In this document: positions 1 through 12,599 of the stretch, one piece after another
How positions within the stretch are numbered: the first letter of the stretch is position 1
Layout: each line of letters starts with the position of its first letter
Source of the DNA: Bugula neritina
Lineage: Eukaryota; Animalia; Bryozoa
Length of the DNA: 64,000 nt
Direction of reading: 5' to 3'
Assembly (NCBI GenBank): GCA_964035545.1
Contig: OZ037771.1
Span: 5,675,190-5,739,189, forward strand
Program-made: the position numbers and the translations under genes
The notes under the pieces: model-generated
Told to the model about the DNA's origin: nothing
What the model saw: only the letters and a program-made list of their open reading frames with translations
Database searches by the model: none

Positions 1-2
1 AG

Positions 3-3000
3 AGTGTTTTCCGTGACGAAACCTTCATAAAATCAGCAAAAGCTAAAGAGAGCAAGCGAAAGTTCGATGTAGTTACTCTTGATGAAGAGATAGACCAATC
101 ACCAACCAGTTTACAGATCACGCCACAAATTACCTCACAAGCAAAAGAATCAGATACCTCACTGATATACCAACCGAAGTCAGACCAATCACAAACATCT
201 TCACAAGCAGATCGATCAGTAATATTATAAGATATACATTCTCACGCAAGTTTATAGTCACTATACCTGTGCGCAATCCCTGATAGAAAGGGTTTTTGTT
301 AAAGCGGCTATGACTTATTTAAATGAGGCACAGGAGCAACTATGACTGAATGCTCTTCCTAACATCACCAATGACCTTTGTCAGGGCTCGAACCCATGAC
401 CTTTGTGTTTACTAAGCAAACGCTCCAACCCCTAGACCATGGCTGCTCCCGATATACATTGCAATATGTAAATTATTAGACTTGGTATAAATATGTAAAC
501 TTGGCTGCATGAAATGGTAAATATAATATTATACTTTATAGAATATGGCTACTAGACAATTGTAATGTGATAAAAGGAAAGGAAGCTTCATGTTTCATTT
601 ATCTTTTGTATTACACAAAGTATTTAATTTTACCTGCTTCATTGAGAATTATAATACAAACTGTTGTACTTGATGAAAGTAATGTAGTGGCACACAAGGT
701 AAATCATATGAATGTTCTACATTTTCCTAGAAATAAACAAAGTATTTTCAATTTCAGCTTCCCAGTATTTCCATTTTCTTGCCACCAAGTCCTGAACAAA
801 AAGACAAAGACATAGAAGTCATTTCTCAGTCACCTGAACCCATTCAAGAACTGGAAGTAAGTTATAGAAGCTATCATAACTTCATCTTAACTCTTTAGTC
901 GACCAAACCTGCTCTGACCAGTTTCAGCCTGGTTGTCCTTATTCATTTACTGGCTTTTCATGGATCGAGCTCAGATTGAATTCAGCGAAATTTCATGAGA
1001 TTTCATGAGTAAAAACAAGAAGGATCCTTTCGCTGCACTTTTGTTTAAAATTGAATTATTGGTTTCTTAGCAACCAAGCTGCTCCACTGCCTTGCCACCA
1101 GAAGTAATTCAATCAAATGTGAACGAGGAGGAACAGCCATTTCAGTCAGAAGTTGAGACACTGTGTGTGAGTATTTAGGTATCAATTTAGAGACAAGTAA
1201 CTGTAACCTGATCCCAGGAATAGTGAGTTAACATTTTTCTATCCAACTCAAATACTGTTACAGTTTTCAACTATTATATTGCGGTTACTTGTATAGAGTT
1301 CCAGTTAGTACATTCCAATTAAAAACAATATACAAATATAGAAAAGTATTACATGAGTAAAATATACAAGATCCAATATCAGAGTAGTTAAAACGAGGTC
1401 CTTAATTCTAGCCAAGCCGGTTGTAACTAACTGAGGGAAAGCATTGTCCTCTCATATCTTTTAGCCACGAGTTGACCCCTATCTTAATTGGAGGTTCGAA
1501 ATAGTTTAACATGACAGGCGACGTGGACCTTTGCACGACAAGCGGGAAGGGGGAGGGGGAATACAAGGAAAACGCCATGACTAGATATGTGTGTTAGTAG
1601 TATAGAGAAGGGGAAACAACGGGTCCCCTTCGAATATTCATGAACCGTTACAACACATGTACACAATGTAGAGCTATAATTTCCTGTTGATTTTTGCTTA
1701 AGTCAAGATTTGGCTTTTTATATAGCTAGAGTCTACATCTAGGGAAGGAGATTCATGTGAAACTACACAAGCGAGTTCAACTCAACATCAAGGCAGCATT
1801 CCACTTGTAAGTAGAGAGAGCACTAAGCACTAATATAATACTGGGTTGAAATTTAAAAAAAACCAGATATTGTTATGACTTTTCATCAATTAAGCTTATA
1901 TTTAAATTGAAGGATCATGAGAGAGTAAGCAGCTCTAGTTGCTCATGTATGAACAGTAACTTCACTTATTCCAACAACTTCATTACCTGGTACCAGAATT
2001 CTCATGCTGGGCATTAGATATAATGAATATAATGAACTTTATTATATAGTAATTACACTCAAAACTTTAGTTAATTATTTTTATTATATTTCTGTTATAT
2101 GCAGAATTAGTTTTGCTATGTTCATTTTTACTTATGGCCGATTTAAAGTGCCCTGTAGATGGTAGTTATGTTTGCATTAACATAGTGTGCGTAGTGCCTA
2201 CAGGCAACGAAACCCTATTTTTCCTACATAAAGTTTGCAGACTCCACTTAAGATCTTTTTATAAAAGAAATAATTGAAGTTGTTCAGAAAATAAACTGTT
2301 AATTTGTTTTGTCTAGCTTCCAGGCATTGACTCCTTTTTGTTACCTGATTCATTAGAACAAAGATGTGATGAGGAGGAACAGGAAGTAACTCTCTCTTCT
2401 GACACTATTCAACAGCAGGATGAAACACAGTTTGTGAGTAGATATGCAGTAAATAGAGTAAAACACTGACTTCCAGCCCTGTAGTGTAATAGGCAGCTAG
2501 CTTGCAAGTTAGATGGCTGTGGCTTGGGTTTGATTCCTGTTGAGGGCAGAAACTTTTACAAACTATTCAGCCATGGGTGTTGTGTGGCACTACTCTTATG
2601 GAGTTGAGGATTGAGTGAAGCTCAAAAATTGATCGGGTTAAAGTAGTTTTGGAGAACTGACAAAAATCTGGTTTTTGACATATCTTTCAAGCCCCCTACT
2701 TCCCCTCCACTGCTAGTGTAATGAGCTGAACAGTGGCTTGGAAGTTACAAATTTTAGTTGTTCATAAGCAGCTTCAAGTTGGGGATGACCAAGTGTAATA
2801 GTTTGTGGCTTCAAGTTTGACCCCCAAACTTTGAGCTTAAAAACCCCCATTACTAATTAACCTCATTCATCCCCCATAATTTTTTTTAAAAGTTTAATGT
2901 TTGATTTCTGGCGGGAGCAATTAATGTACAGTGGCTTTTTGTTTCATATAATTAAAAATTAAAATATGTTGCTGTATTTCAGAGTGTTTCTGCTAATGAA

Positions 3001-3093
3001 AACCCAACCAGCTTATCTGAATCTGGAATAGATGAATTACCATTCCAAATTGAAGATCCTGGACCAATAGATTGTGAGACAGAACTGCAGTAA
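3..3093 (+). CDS. 3' part of an unidentified gene encoding an acidic, Ser/Gln/Pro-rich (probably disordered) C-terminus; 5' end lies outside the window
   Basis: Five AG/GT-bounded phase-0 exons read openly: 3-218 (SVFRDETFIKSAKAKESKRKFDVVTLDEEID...), 758-856 (LPSISIFLPPSPEQKDKDIEVISQSPEPIQELE), 1071-1166, 2317-2433 and 2983-3093 (…DCETELQ*). All exon lengths are multiples of 3, and AATAAA motifs follow near 3486 and 3580. No family recognised. Confidence 0.7.
272..450 (-). mobile_element. tRNA-derived SINE (family 1)
   Basis: The reverse complement starts GGGAGCAGCCATGGTCTAGGGGTTGG (A box), then GGTTCGAGCCC (B box), then TTGGTGATGTTAGGAAGAGCAT. Homologous copies recur at least 5 more times in the window. 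Confidence 0.8.
2473..2640 (+). mobile_element. Degenerate tRNA-headed SINE-like element (family 2)
   Basis: GCCCTGTAGTGTAA…CTAGCTTGCAAG…GGGTTTGATTCC gives A- and B-box-like motifs. A similar head (TCCCTATAGTGTAGTGGTTAAC…CTAGCTTGCAG) occurs near 56957. Confidence 0.4.
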
Positions 3094-4414
3094 TGTGAAG
3101 AACTTATAAGGTAGTTCTGCTCCTTTCAAACTTTGCCCATGATGGCTTTCTATTTACTATTTTCTTTCATTATTTGGGCCCAATGTGACAGCTCAAATAA
3201 ACACCACCCATAATAATTCTAAACTAGGCTTTAATTTTTGCATATTATTGAAGCTGATGCTGCAGTTGGATAAATTTATGCTAATTATTTTACATATATA
3301 AAAACTGTTGGTTAATAGTTTGTAGACCTCCGTGAACAAACCGTGGGTCCTTCAGAGTTCTCAACTTATCTGCCAAACAATGACATTTTCTGTGGGCTAC
3401 ACTTTTCATATATTCTTTTCATTTAACTTTTTGATAATCAACTTAATAATCAAAACTATTCTTTCAAGTTCCACTTCCCCTTGTTAATAAACTTAAATAA
3501 TGTATAAATTAAACTATAAGTATAAAAAATATCTTCCTGTTTTCTACTTTAAATACAATTTGTTAACTTATCAGGGTTCAATAAATGCAGGCCATTATTA
3601 TGTTCCTTTCAATATGACAATTATAATTCTTTTTTTTGACTTGTAAGCTTGCAATGTTTGAAATTATATTTACATACTAAAATAAAGTTTAGCATAGCTA
3701 AATAAAGCAGAGGGTGTTAAACCAAGTGCAGATAACCTCTTCCAAAGGTATAGGAGATGAAAGATATGCTTAGTGTCAGTATATTTATGCAGATAGGTCA
3801 GTGTATGTATGGAAAAGCAGTTGATAGCAGCAACCCCCTTTCACTGATTCTGTTACCATCAACTCAGAACTAAAACCATTCATTATTATAATGTTGAGAG
3901 GATTGACAAACTGAGCTGAATCAAACTGGTAAAACTCAGCTGGGTGTTTCACATTCCACTGCTTTACATGGACTACAAACTTACTTTGCATAGCATATAG
4001 AATTGCAGCAAGTAGGCATACACATGTAATATATCTTGTAGTAGGACTGACTTTAATTATTGTTTGCTGCTGGTATGATAAGGCTGTGCCAGACTTGAGT
4101 AAATAATAGAATCAAACAACAGAACTTTAACACCGTACAGCATTACACTATCTACGGGCTTTCCAATAAAAATACTATGCTGTGTAACTAACAGAATACT
4201 GAAATTCTATACATTTCAACACAATATTTTATTTTCCAACTATATACATAAAAACATAATGCATTGCATTATTTACATAACATCCTATCTAAAATATAGT
4301 GACAGAGACATAAAATTTTACATATAGTACATTTAGTTGTGGCACGAACCAGTAGTTCTTACAGTTATGAATTACATATAAAATACTAAACCTGAAATAA
4401 AATAATGTTACTGG

Positions 4415-7400
4415 TCATGTTTTCTCAATGGGAGAAAAGCCATTAAAAGTCCAAAGTTTCTCAAAGTCTACACCGAGCCCACTAATCTTTGGGAAGAATA
4501 TGTTAGGAAAGGAGTCAAGAAGAGATGTGACTTGATTGGTGTCTACCAAAAGACCTCCGAGCTTTAAATACGATACAATACTGTCCACACTGGCACCAAA
4601 TGGGTGGATATTCAGGAAACAAACCACTAAACCTGCAGTACATAAACATTGAAAAGTTTAGCATGGTGAATATATGGATAACCTAAGAGTATAGATAGCC
4701 TGATCATAATATATATTCATATGACTCTTAAATAAAGAAACTACACATATACAAACAACACACAATATACTAAAATGTTTAATGTAGTGCAGTGCAGCAT
4801 ACACCCAGCATTACAATACATTCTATAGAAATATGATAGGCAGAGTGTAACATAAATTATATTATATAGCATGTTATGTTGAGTAGAGTGCAGTATATGA
4901 TATATTCTATAGCATGTTAAGTTGAGTAGAGTGCAGTATATGAAATATTCTATAGCATGTTATGTTGAGTAAAGTGTAGTATATGATATATTATATAGCA
5001 TATGTTATGTTGATTAGAGTGTAGTATATGAAATATTCTATAGCATGTTATGTTGAGTAGAGTGCAGTATATGAAATATTCTATAGCATGTTATGTTGAG
5101 TAGAGTGTAGTATATGATATTTCAGTAGAGTGAAGCACAAACCTAGCAGCTTTCCTTCCTCCTCCTTCACTGTCACATCAGGAGCTGCAACCAGTGGCTC
5201 AGCTTTCACTACAGAAGTTGTCTCCTCCTCCCCTGCCACAATTCCAATTTCCTCTTTTTCGGTCTTCTGATCGACAGCTTCATGCTCTCCATTTTCTTCA
5301 GTTTTTGTATTTTCTTCGTCAGCAGCTGTCTCAGTGGCTCTCGATTCCGACAGCAACTTTGAGTACTTTGCGGAGAAATAGACAGCAAATTAACAAATCA
5401 CCAACAGCTTTAGGTTTGACGATTTTGCTTAGAACATCAAATGCTTGATCAACTCGGTCACAGGACAGAACAAAGAGGCCAGAGTGAGATAGGCAAAGGA
5501 TTTTATAATTGATAAAATTATCTAAAAAGGGCAGGTTTAAATAAACCTTATGCTATTTGCACACCCCTGAATACATTATTACTGATCATAGGTATAGTGT
5601 AAAAGTTAAAACTAACTAGATTTGTCTTCTCTAGTGTCAGGGTAAAATGCAATGCAGAAATACAACCAGCAAAATTATGAAACCAGAAATATCGTATGTG
5701 AAGTCAAGTAACAGCTTCAGTAAACATGATTGTAAAGGGGATATAATATTAGTAAAAGTATTGATTGGAAACACAACTACAACCTATGAGAAAATTGTGT
5801 AGAGTATTAAGAATGGTAATATAACAAAGAGAGTACCTTTTGCTGTACGGCCGTCACTTCATTCCTTGTGGACATCAGTTGCTAAGAGTGACAGTATAAA
5901 TACCACATTATCAAAATATACACTACACATCACAATAAACAATACAGTATCATAGCACAGATTCAAATATTACAGTTTACACCACAGCACTACAATACAT
6001 ACTAGAGTAACATTGTATAAAGTACAGTACACACTATAACTACAGTGCCAATGTACACATTACACTACCTTACACTACATTACGATTTAGTCTATCACAT
6101 TTTAAACTTTAGTATCAGTACACACAATAGTATCACAGTGCATACTACATTAACGAAGTAGAAACTACACCTTCTAATAAACCTTAGAGTAATCACCAAC
6201 ACATACATAATAACCCTATAACTATATATCCACCCATTAAAGATGTTAAACTTGGATTATAGAGCACTTGCACAGGTTATGTATTCTACTATACATGGAC
6301 AAGGCGGACCAAAATTTACACATATATTTAACCAGTATTTCTTACGGATTTTTTTACTAAATGAACATGCTGCTACCTTGACACTGGCAGCCTAGGTGCT
6401 TGCTGCTGCCACAGTCTGCTCGACACCAACCTGCTGCATTCCTTTCAGAGTCTGCTGCAACATAGCAATTTGTTTGCTCTTCTGCGCCTTCTCCGTCTGC
6501 GCCTCCATCTTGTTCATGTCTAACTCGTTCTTGTATGCCTCTAGTTGGCACTTGAGTGAGTCGTTCTCATCACTTAACTTATTCATGTTGCTAGCAGCTG
6601 AAAGTAGAAAGCAGGCAGGTGTCAGCTTTGGTAACACAAGGTATCAACATGTTAAATATGTGTCAGCTACATGGTATCAACATCATGTTAGGTAGGGTTC
6701 AGTAGCCTGTGAACTGTAGAAATATACTAGGGCTGCCAGCCTACCTTCAACTGTTAGCCTCAGTTTCTTTGCCGCAGGCACTGTGCCCTCACTGTCTGAT
6801 AAATCCATTTCATCTTCTTTTCGCTCAGCAAGCAGTTCATCGTCATGTTTCTGCTTCAACTCCTAAGATAGCAAGACATAGTAACAAGATGCGTAAACAG
6901 GTTCTACATAAACCTCAGATAGGGTGCCGCTCTTTCAAATTTATTTGAAAATTACTACTTTACTTACCTTTAACTAACCTGCCTTCCACTAATACTAGCA
7001 AATTAATAATTAGCAGTATAATGTAATGAAGTAATCTGCAACTAGAGCATTCTCTCTGATATACTGAAGTATTCAAAAAGATCAGAATGATAACACTTCT
7101 TCTTCATTTAATAATTTCACTATGCTAACATGCCACTTGCAAGTAGGCGAGAAAGATGACAAGTAAGCACCTGCAACACCTGTCAATATGACACACCAGT
7201 CAATATGACACGTCAGTCAGGTAGGCCAACAGATCTCACCTGACATTGCGAAGTCCAGAGTTCTAAATTCTTACGCTGCGGTTTGGAGAAATGATCCCAG
7301 ACCTTCTGCTGACGAGCTTTGCTGAAGACATTTTGTATCTGCTCCACTTTTGAGAAACATTTAGAGACATACATTACCAGTGTGACAGGAGAGTTACAAA

Positions 7401-10400
7401 TATCCTATTGGCTGAGGGTACGTTAGGGGCGACCACCCTAGTCCACTGGCATACTAAAGTCTGAGCGCAATAACTTTTGTTACTCACCAAACTTACCACT
7501 AAGACAATAATATAGTCACTATGTTATCAAAGTTTCTTGATAAAAGACTAACAAAAACTATGTTATTCTACCTTTAATTTGTTTTCTTTTTCAAACATAT
7601 TATATGAAATAAAAGCTTATAATTAAAATTGAATGTATAAATAATTTGACATAAGCTGGAGGTAAAAACACAGTTTGATACAATACTGTGATATCTACAG
7701 ATACTGAGACTTTTGAATTTAATTAGTATTCCCAATAGTATCACTTACAACATGTAGAGACTGACTAGCGTTAACTTTCAACACGCCGTGGTGTACCTAC
7801 CATCCGACATACAGTATAACCAGCTGCTAGGATTTAGATACATCCTACATGTAGTGGCTTCACTGAGAGCTACTTACTTTGAGACACTAAGCCGGTTACT
7901 TTAATCTTATACTGTGCCTTGTAGTTCTCCAACTCCTGCTCAAACTCTTCTTTCTCAACTACAGAAGAATAGAAAGCCGAGTGAATCACTTGAAACCTAA
8001 ACTGATATAATTTAAAAAACAAGAAACTTTTCTTTATTAAATAGCATTGATATTCTGTGAATAATTATAAATGTCGATATTTCAGGTTGAGTATACCAGA
8101 TCCATAATATGACTTTTAGTTGCAAGACGAATTAATAAAGAGTATTCAGTATCACCTGTCAACCTTCTCACAGAGCTCTGAACACAATGAATCATTGTGT
8201 AAAATCTGTTGGCATTCCTAGAGTTCACCTGTCCCTTATCTAACCACTCCATTAAAATCCCGGCTGCCTCCGCAAAGCCTCGAGATGCTACAAGAATTCA
8301 AAACCAAAACTAACTTCCACGTACTGAATGAACAACAGAAGCCTGTTATTTCCTTGAATGTATAACATGTTCAAGAGCAACAAACATACATTTTAATTTT
8401 TCGGTGACTCCGCTAGCCTCACTCTCCGAGTAGCGGGCTACTTGTGGAGGACTAGGGGGTCTATTCATGTCTTCAATCATCCTTCTGTGATGTCTCTGCT
8501 CTCGCTCTATAGTTCTCTGCATGCATTCCCACTCATACTGGTCATCTCGAGCTGTGGCATAGTCACAGTGAATACGCCCTGTGTTGGGCTTATCGTCTTT
8601 CTCACCAATTTTCATCCTCCAACCTGCAGGTCAAAGTGTAGTAAAACATACATATATAAAACAACAAAGACATACATGCAGCTGTCTCTCTAAAAGCCAT
8701 GAGCTCTAGAGTAACAAAAGGCAAACTTTACGGACTCTTGAGTCACATTTCAAAACTTAATTACAATAGAGAGTGGGAGCATGAAGCTAAAAGTAAATCA
8801 CAACAGTAGATGGATTAGATCGAGCGAGTATAAACTGTAGGTAGAAGGACATATTGAGCGGAATGTAGGAGGCGCCGAGGTACATTTGTATGTTATGTTC
8901 TTACATATAATTAATAGTCATATATATGATTACTATATGTATATATTGATATGTTTTGTATATATGTGGTGAGTTGAAACTTACTGAACGTTACAGTTTA
9001 CTAGTACAACATGTAACCTTAATGAAACCTATGTACCGTGTACTAAAGTCATGCATGTAAACAGCAAGTATAAAAATACCGCCGGACTTTATTAGGACAA
9101 ATCATGGTTAGAATAATATAATTACTCTTATATCAACTTCATGTAGGCATATTCATGTACAAAGCAAATGACTATAGAAGTTGATAGTGAGGAGTGAAGA
9201 TAGAGTCAAGTAATACAGAAGTGGTGCTACTTGTTCATCATTTCTTACCTGAATAAAATATAGCTTTGTCAACAGAGTCGTAGTCTATGAATCTGATATG
9301 TGCAAAATGCTTCTTCCCCAGTCGAATCGTTTCAAAATCTACAGGCATTAGAAGTTTATACATTGCAGTAACACTTTAATGGAATTGAAGGCAAAAAACT
9401 GCAGCATATTTGAAATTAGGGCTGCAACAGACACAAAGAGTCCACCTTACATTTGAAACTAACTAAGATGGTAATTAGGAAGTCCTACAGCCAATCTAGC
9501 AATCTGATAAACAAAGTATACACACATATAACTATAGTACTAGCCGCCAAAAAAACATATTTTAATCTCAATTTCACAGCATAATATACTGATGAGCTAT
9601 AAATAACTACTACAGATCTACAGCAATCCAAGTGATGTTAATAGCAGTCAGCTTATAAAAACTAAATATACTAAAACATACTGCCACAGGTCTGCATCAG
9701 TTCTCCAATCATCTCCTCTGTTACGGTCTCAGGAAGACCGCCTATGAACAGAGTTTTACAACCAGGAGGCTTTTCCCTGGTGGACCGAGGAGCGGCGTGC
9801 GGAGGAGGTGGGACAAGGACAAAACCACTGAAGTGTAATATTTCTTTGCCATCTACTTCCTGTGGAGGAGCTGCCAGGTATGGGTCTTCCATCATGAAAT
9901 CATACTGTAAGTTATAATAACACATAACTTGAAACGGCAGGTCATGGCAAGTTGTTCTGTTGTAACCTTGAGATGATATATGTGCCGGCCACTTGCTTGA
10001 GAAAGAGAAGGAATATTAGCGACCAAATTAGTGCCCGACAGATCCTAGTATTTAGTAATCTTCCGTATAACAAGATGGATGTACAAAACAAAAACAGTTA
10101 AGGGGAAAATGGCAAATTTAAGTATAGTCTAACCTCTCCACCAATATATCCAGTCATAGGCATACTCATTCCCGGTTGCATATCTCCAGTCATTAGCCCA
10201 CCCATGCCGGATACGTTTCTAGACCCATTCATCATCTGGGAAACCCGGTTTAGCTGTCCAGCCCCACCCATCATTTGTCCAGCTCCACCAATCATAGGCC
10301 CTGCTCCACCCATCATCTGCCCGGCTCCACCAATCATAGGCCCTGTTCCGCCCATCATCTGTCCAGCTCCAGCCATCATTGACCCAGCTCCACCCAATTG

Positions 10401-11134
10401 CTGTACTCTCCCACTACCCAGCTGTGGGTTATTGCCATTTCCAGACATAGTAGCCCTTAGAGGACCAAGCTGGGGCCCAATACCACTCATATGCTGCAAA
10501 TTTGTTGGTGCAGCAACTACATTAGTAGTATTATAGGCATCTATCTCCGATGTACCTAAATACATTCCACAAAGATCAGCTTGGCATTAGTACTAGCATT
10601 ACATTGTATCATCTCCAATAAGCAGAGATGAAATCAAATTAGTTGATGGAATGCATTGGGACAGGTATAGACCAGTGCTACATACTCTAGTAAACCGGAA
10701 GCAAAACGAGATGCCAGTGCAAATACTTTTATTGTCGGTAAATTAATGGAATCTCAAGATACAAGTACTAGGTGGCAGTACACCTAGTAATTTTACAAGA
10801 CTGGCAGCATAGTTATTGCAGTCTGTTAGCAAATGAGATTGAAGGGTTTTTTTTATCAAACAGTCTGACAAGCTAATAGATTATAATCTAAAATGACCAA
10901 AACGACGAAAAACTAAAAACAAATGAAATTATATATTTTGGAGTGAACATGAACACTGAAATAAATCATACTTAATTTATTTATTTTTTAGAACACGGTA
11001 TGATATATCCCAGTTCTAAAACTTAAAAACTAATGGTTATCACACGTACCAGTTTCTTGAAGGTCCATGTCATCTGAAGATGTTACAATCGGAGGTCTAC
11101 CCTTGTTACGGTTAAAATGCAATGGTCCGTCCAT
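4415..11134 (-). CDS. ENOX1: Ecto-NOX disulfide-thiol exchanger family protein (ENOX1/ENOX2 homolog; RRM plus coiled coil), ~714 aa, 13 coding exons
   Basis: Exons (+ coordinates): 11050-11134, 10134-10555, 9682-9904, 9249-9338, 8390-8623, 8156-8287, 7878-7958, 7240-7346, 6745-6862, 6431-6597, 5837-5881, 5143-5365, 4415-4632. Phases are consistent and the total is 2145 nt. Diagnostic motifs: STREKPPGCKTLFIGGLPE (RRM), ARDDQYEWECMQR, WDHFSKPQRKN, ENDSLKCQLEAYKNE, FLNIHPFGAS…GLGVDFEKLW. Confidence 0.93.
4862..5131. repeat. ~43-bp intronic minisatellite (~6 copies) in the last ENOX intron
   Basis: The unit TATAGCATGTTATGTTGAGTAGAGTGCAGTATATGA(T/A)ATATTC repeats in tandem up to ~10 bp from the donor at 5141-5142. 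Confidence 0.9.
10255..10400 (-). repeat. Coding tandem repeat (GQMMGGA/GPMIGGA, 21-bp units) in the ENOX N-terminus
   Basis: Translation AGAGQMMGGTGPMIGGAGQMMGGAGPMIGGAGQMMGGAGQL, with alternating heptads. Confidence 0.9.
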
Positions 11135-11576
11135 AATGATAACCTAAAACCAGAAATTGAATCAACATTTTAGCTTGAAGACTTTGACATTTCTATTAGC
11201 AATATTATATTAGAAAATCTAAAAAAAAATTACTTTAATAGTTTTATTTACTTGTTCAACATGGTCATACTAAACATTTCAATTTATTTTCCAATTATAC
11301 AATGATGATTTGTGATTAGGGACTGAAAATAAACATTATAAAGTATGATTGATAACACTGATCATAGTTATCATAATAATTGCTTGAATTTGTGATATGT
11401 TGCTAAGTAAAGAATATCCGCTAACAGGCTTATATTTTCATAACTCACTTCACTTTTTAAGTCAGAGAATGAACTGAAATAAAACAATGCTTAACATTTA
11501 TATATAAGTATTACATAAGATAATGGTTGTGTGTATTCACATACGATAACAATAAAAACAATCAAATTGAAAATAA

Positions 11577-11643
11577 ACACAATATTCTCATTCTGTTGGT
11601 TGTATTATATTATAATACAACCAACAGAATGAGAATATTGTGT
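11577..11643. repeat. Perfect 33-bp inverted repeat with a 1-nt centre (67-bp hairpin)
   Basis: ACACAATATTCTCATTCTGTTGGTTGTATTATA-T-TATAATACAACCAACAGAATGAGAATATTGTGT; the arms are exact reverse complements. Confidence 0.95.
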
Positions 11644-12599
11644 CTGTCACAGTCAAGCAATAGATAAGTTTCTAAATTAAAAAGGAACTTTCTATAAGCA
11701 GACGGCTAGCTTGATATTTAGTTAATAGATATGTTTTGATTGGCTGATGAGGGAGCAAATCACATCAGCTCCCTTTATATTATTACTATTGCCGCGAAAA
11801 CAATCGCATTTAGTTTCACTACTAGAAAAATATGTAAAAATGAAAATGACGCTTATATAGATTTATCAACAATGTAATTTGAGTGGAGTGACTTCATTCA
11901 TAAAGATTCACCAAGCTTAAGCCATGAAACTGAAACTGTAAATGTTGGTGCAATTTAATGTGCGAGTTGAAGCGCACATGTGCACCGACAGTCAAAGACA
12001 TCAACATTAACTTGTGCGTTTAGAATTATTAAGCCAATCATGGCGCTAACTTATTAGCTAATCACAAAATAAATAAAAATTGAATGTCAAGTCAGCCGAC
12101 TGCATATACAACAACCTAAAATGAAAATAAAAATGGGTTACAGAATAAAAGCAATATCATTATTACAAAATGAATATCATAATCAATGAGTGAAACTTAA
12201 TGGTTGGTGTTATAAGTTATTAGTCTAATGACCGTAAACTGTTGAGTGTAACCAGTGTAATGATTTAGACTATAAGTATAATAATTATAATACTTATTAC
12301 TTAGTATACCAATAGGATTATAACTTATTGATGGCTTATACCTATGAATACCTTGAAAACATAGAACACTTGGAAAAACTCAAGGTTAATAGAAGTGCCT
12401 CTTTTGTTTTACAGTGTAGACTAAAAAAAGTTAGGTGGTAATTGGGTTGATAATTGTTTTTTTATATATGGACCCTCTGATGTCTCTAATGGTTCATGGT
12501 AAGAAACTACCATAGTATACTTGTGAGTTAGCATACATAAATGTGGTTATTGCCATATTTTGGCGATCTCGTGTGATTTCATCGTATGTCATTGTCAAT

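Noticed and set aside
272-450. tRNA-like A/B box sequences considered as tRNA genes
   Set aside because: The copies are diverged, no intact cloverleaf could be built, and they carry a shared non-tRNA body, so they are SINEs.
1420-1654. TGTAAC…GTTACA-bounded ~230-bp segment resembling a solo LTR
   Set aside because: There is no matching target-site duplication, second LTR or internal coding sequence. It may be a TE relic but cannot be supported.
3785-3991. ORF with a faint resemblance to a Brix/Peter Pan segment (QFVNPLNIIIMNGFS)
   Set aside because: The similarity is too short, there are no supporting exons, and it lies in the 3' UTR/intergenic zone between convergent genes.
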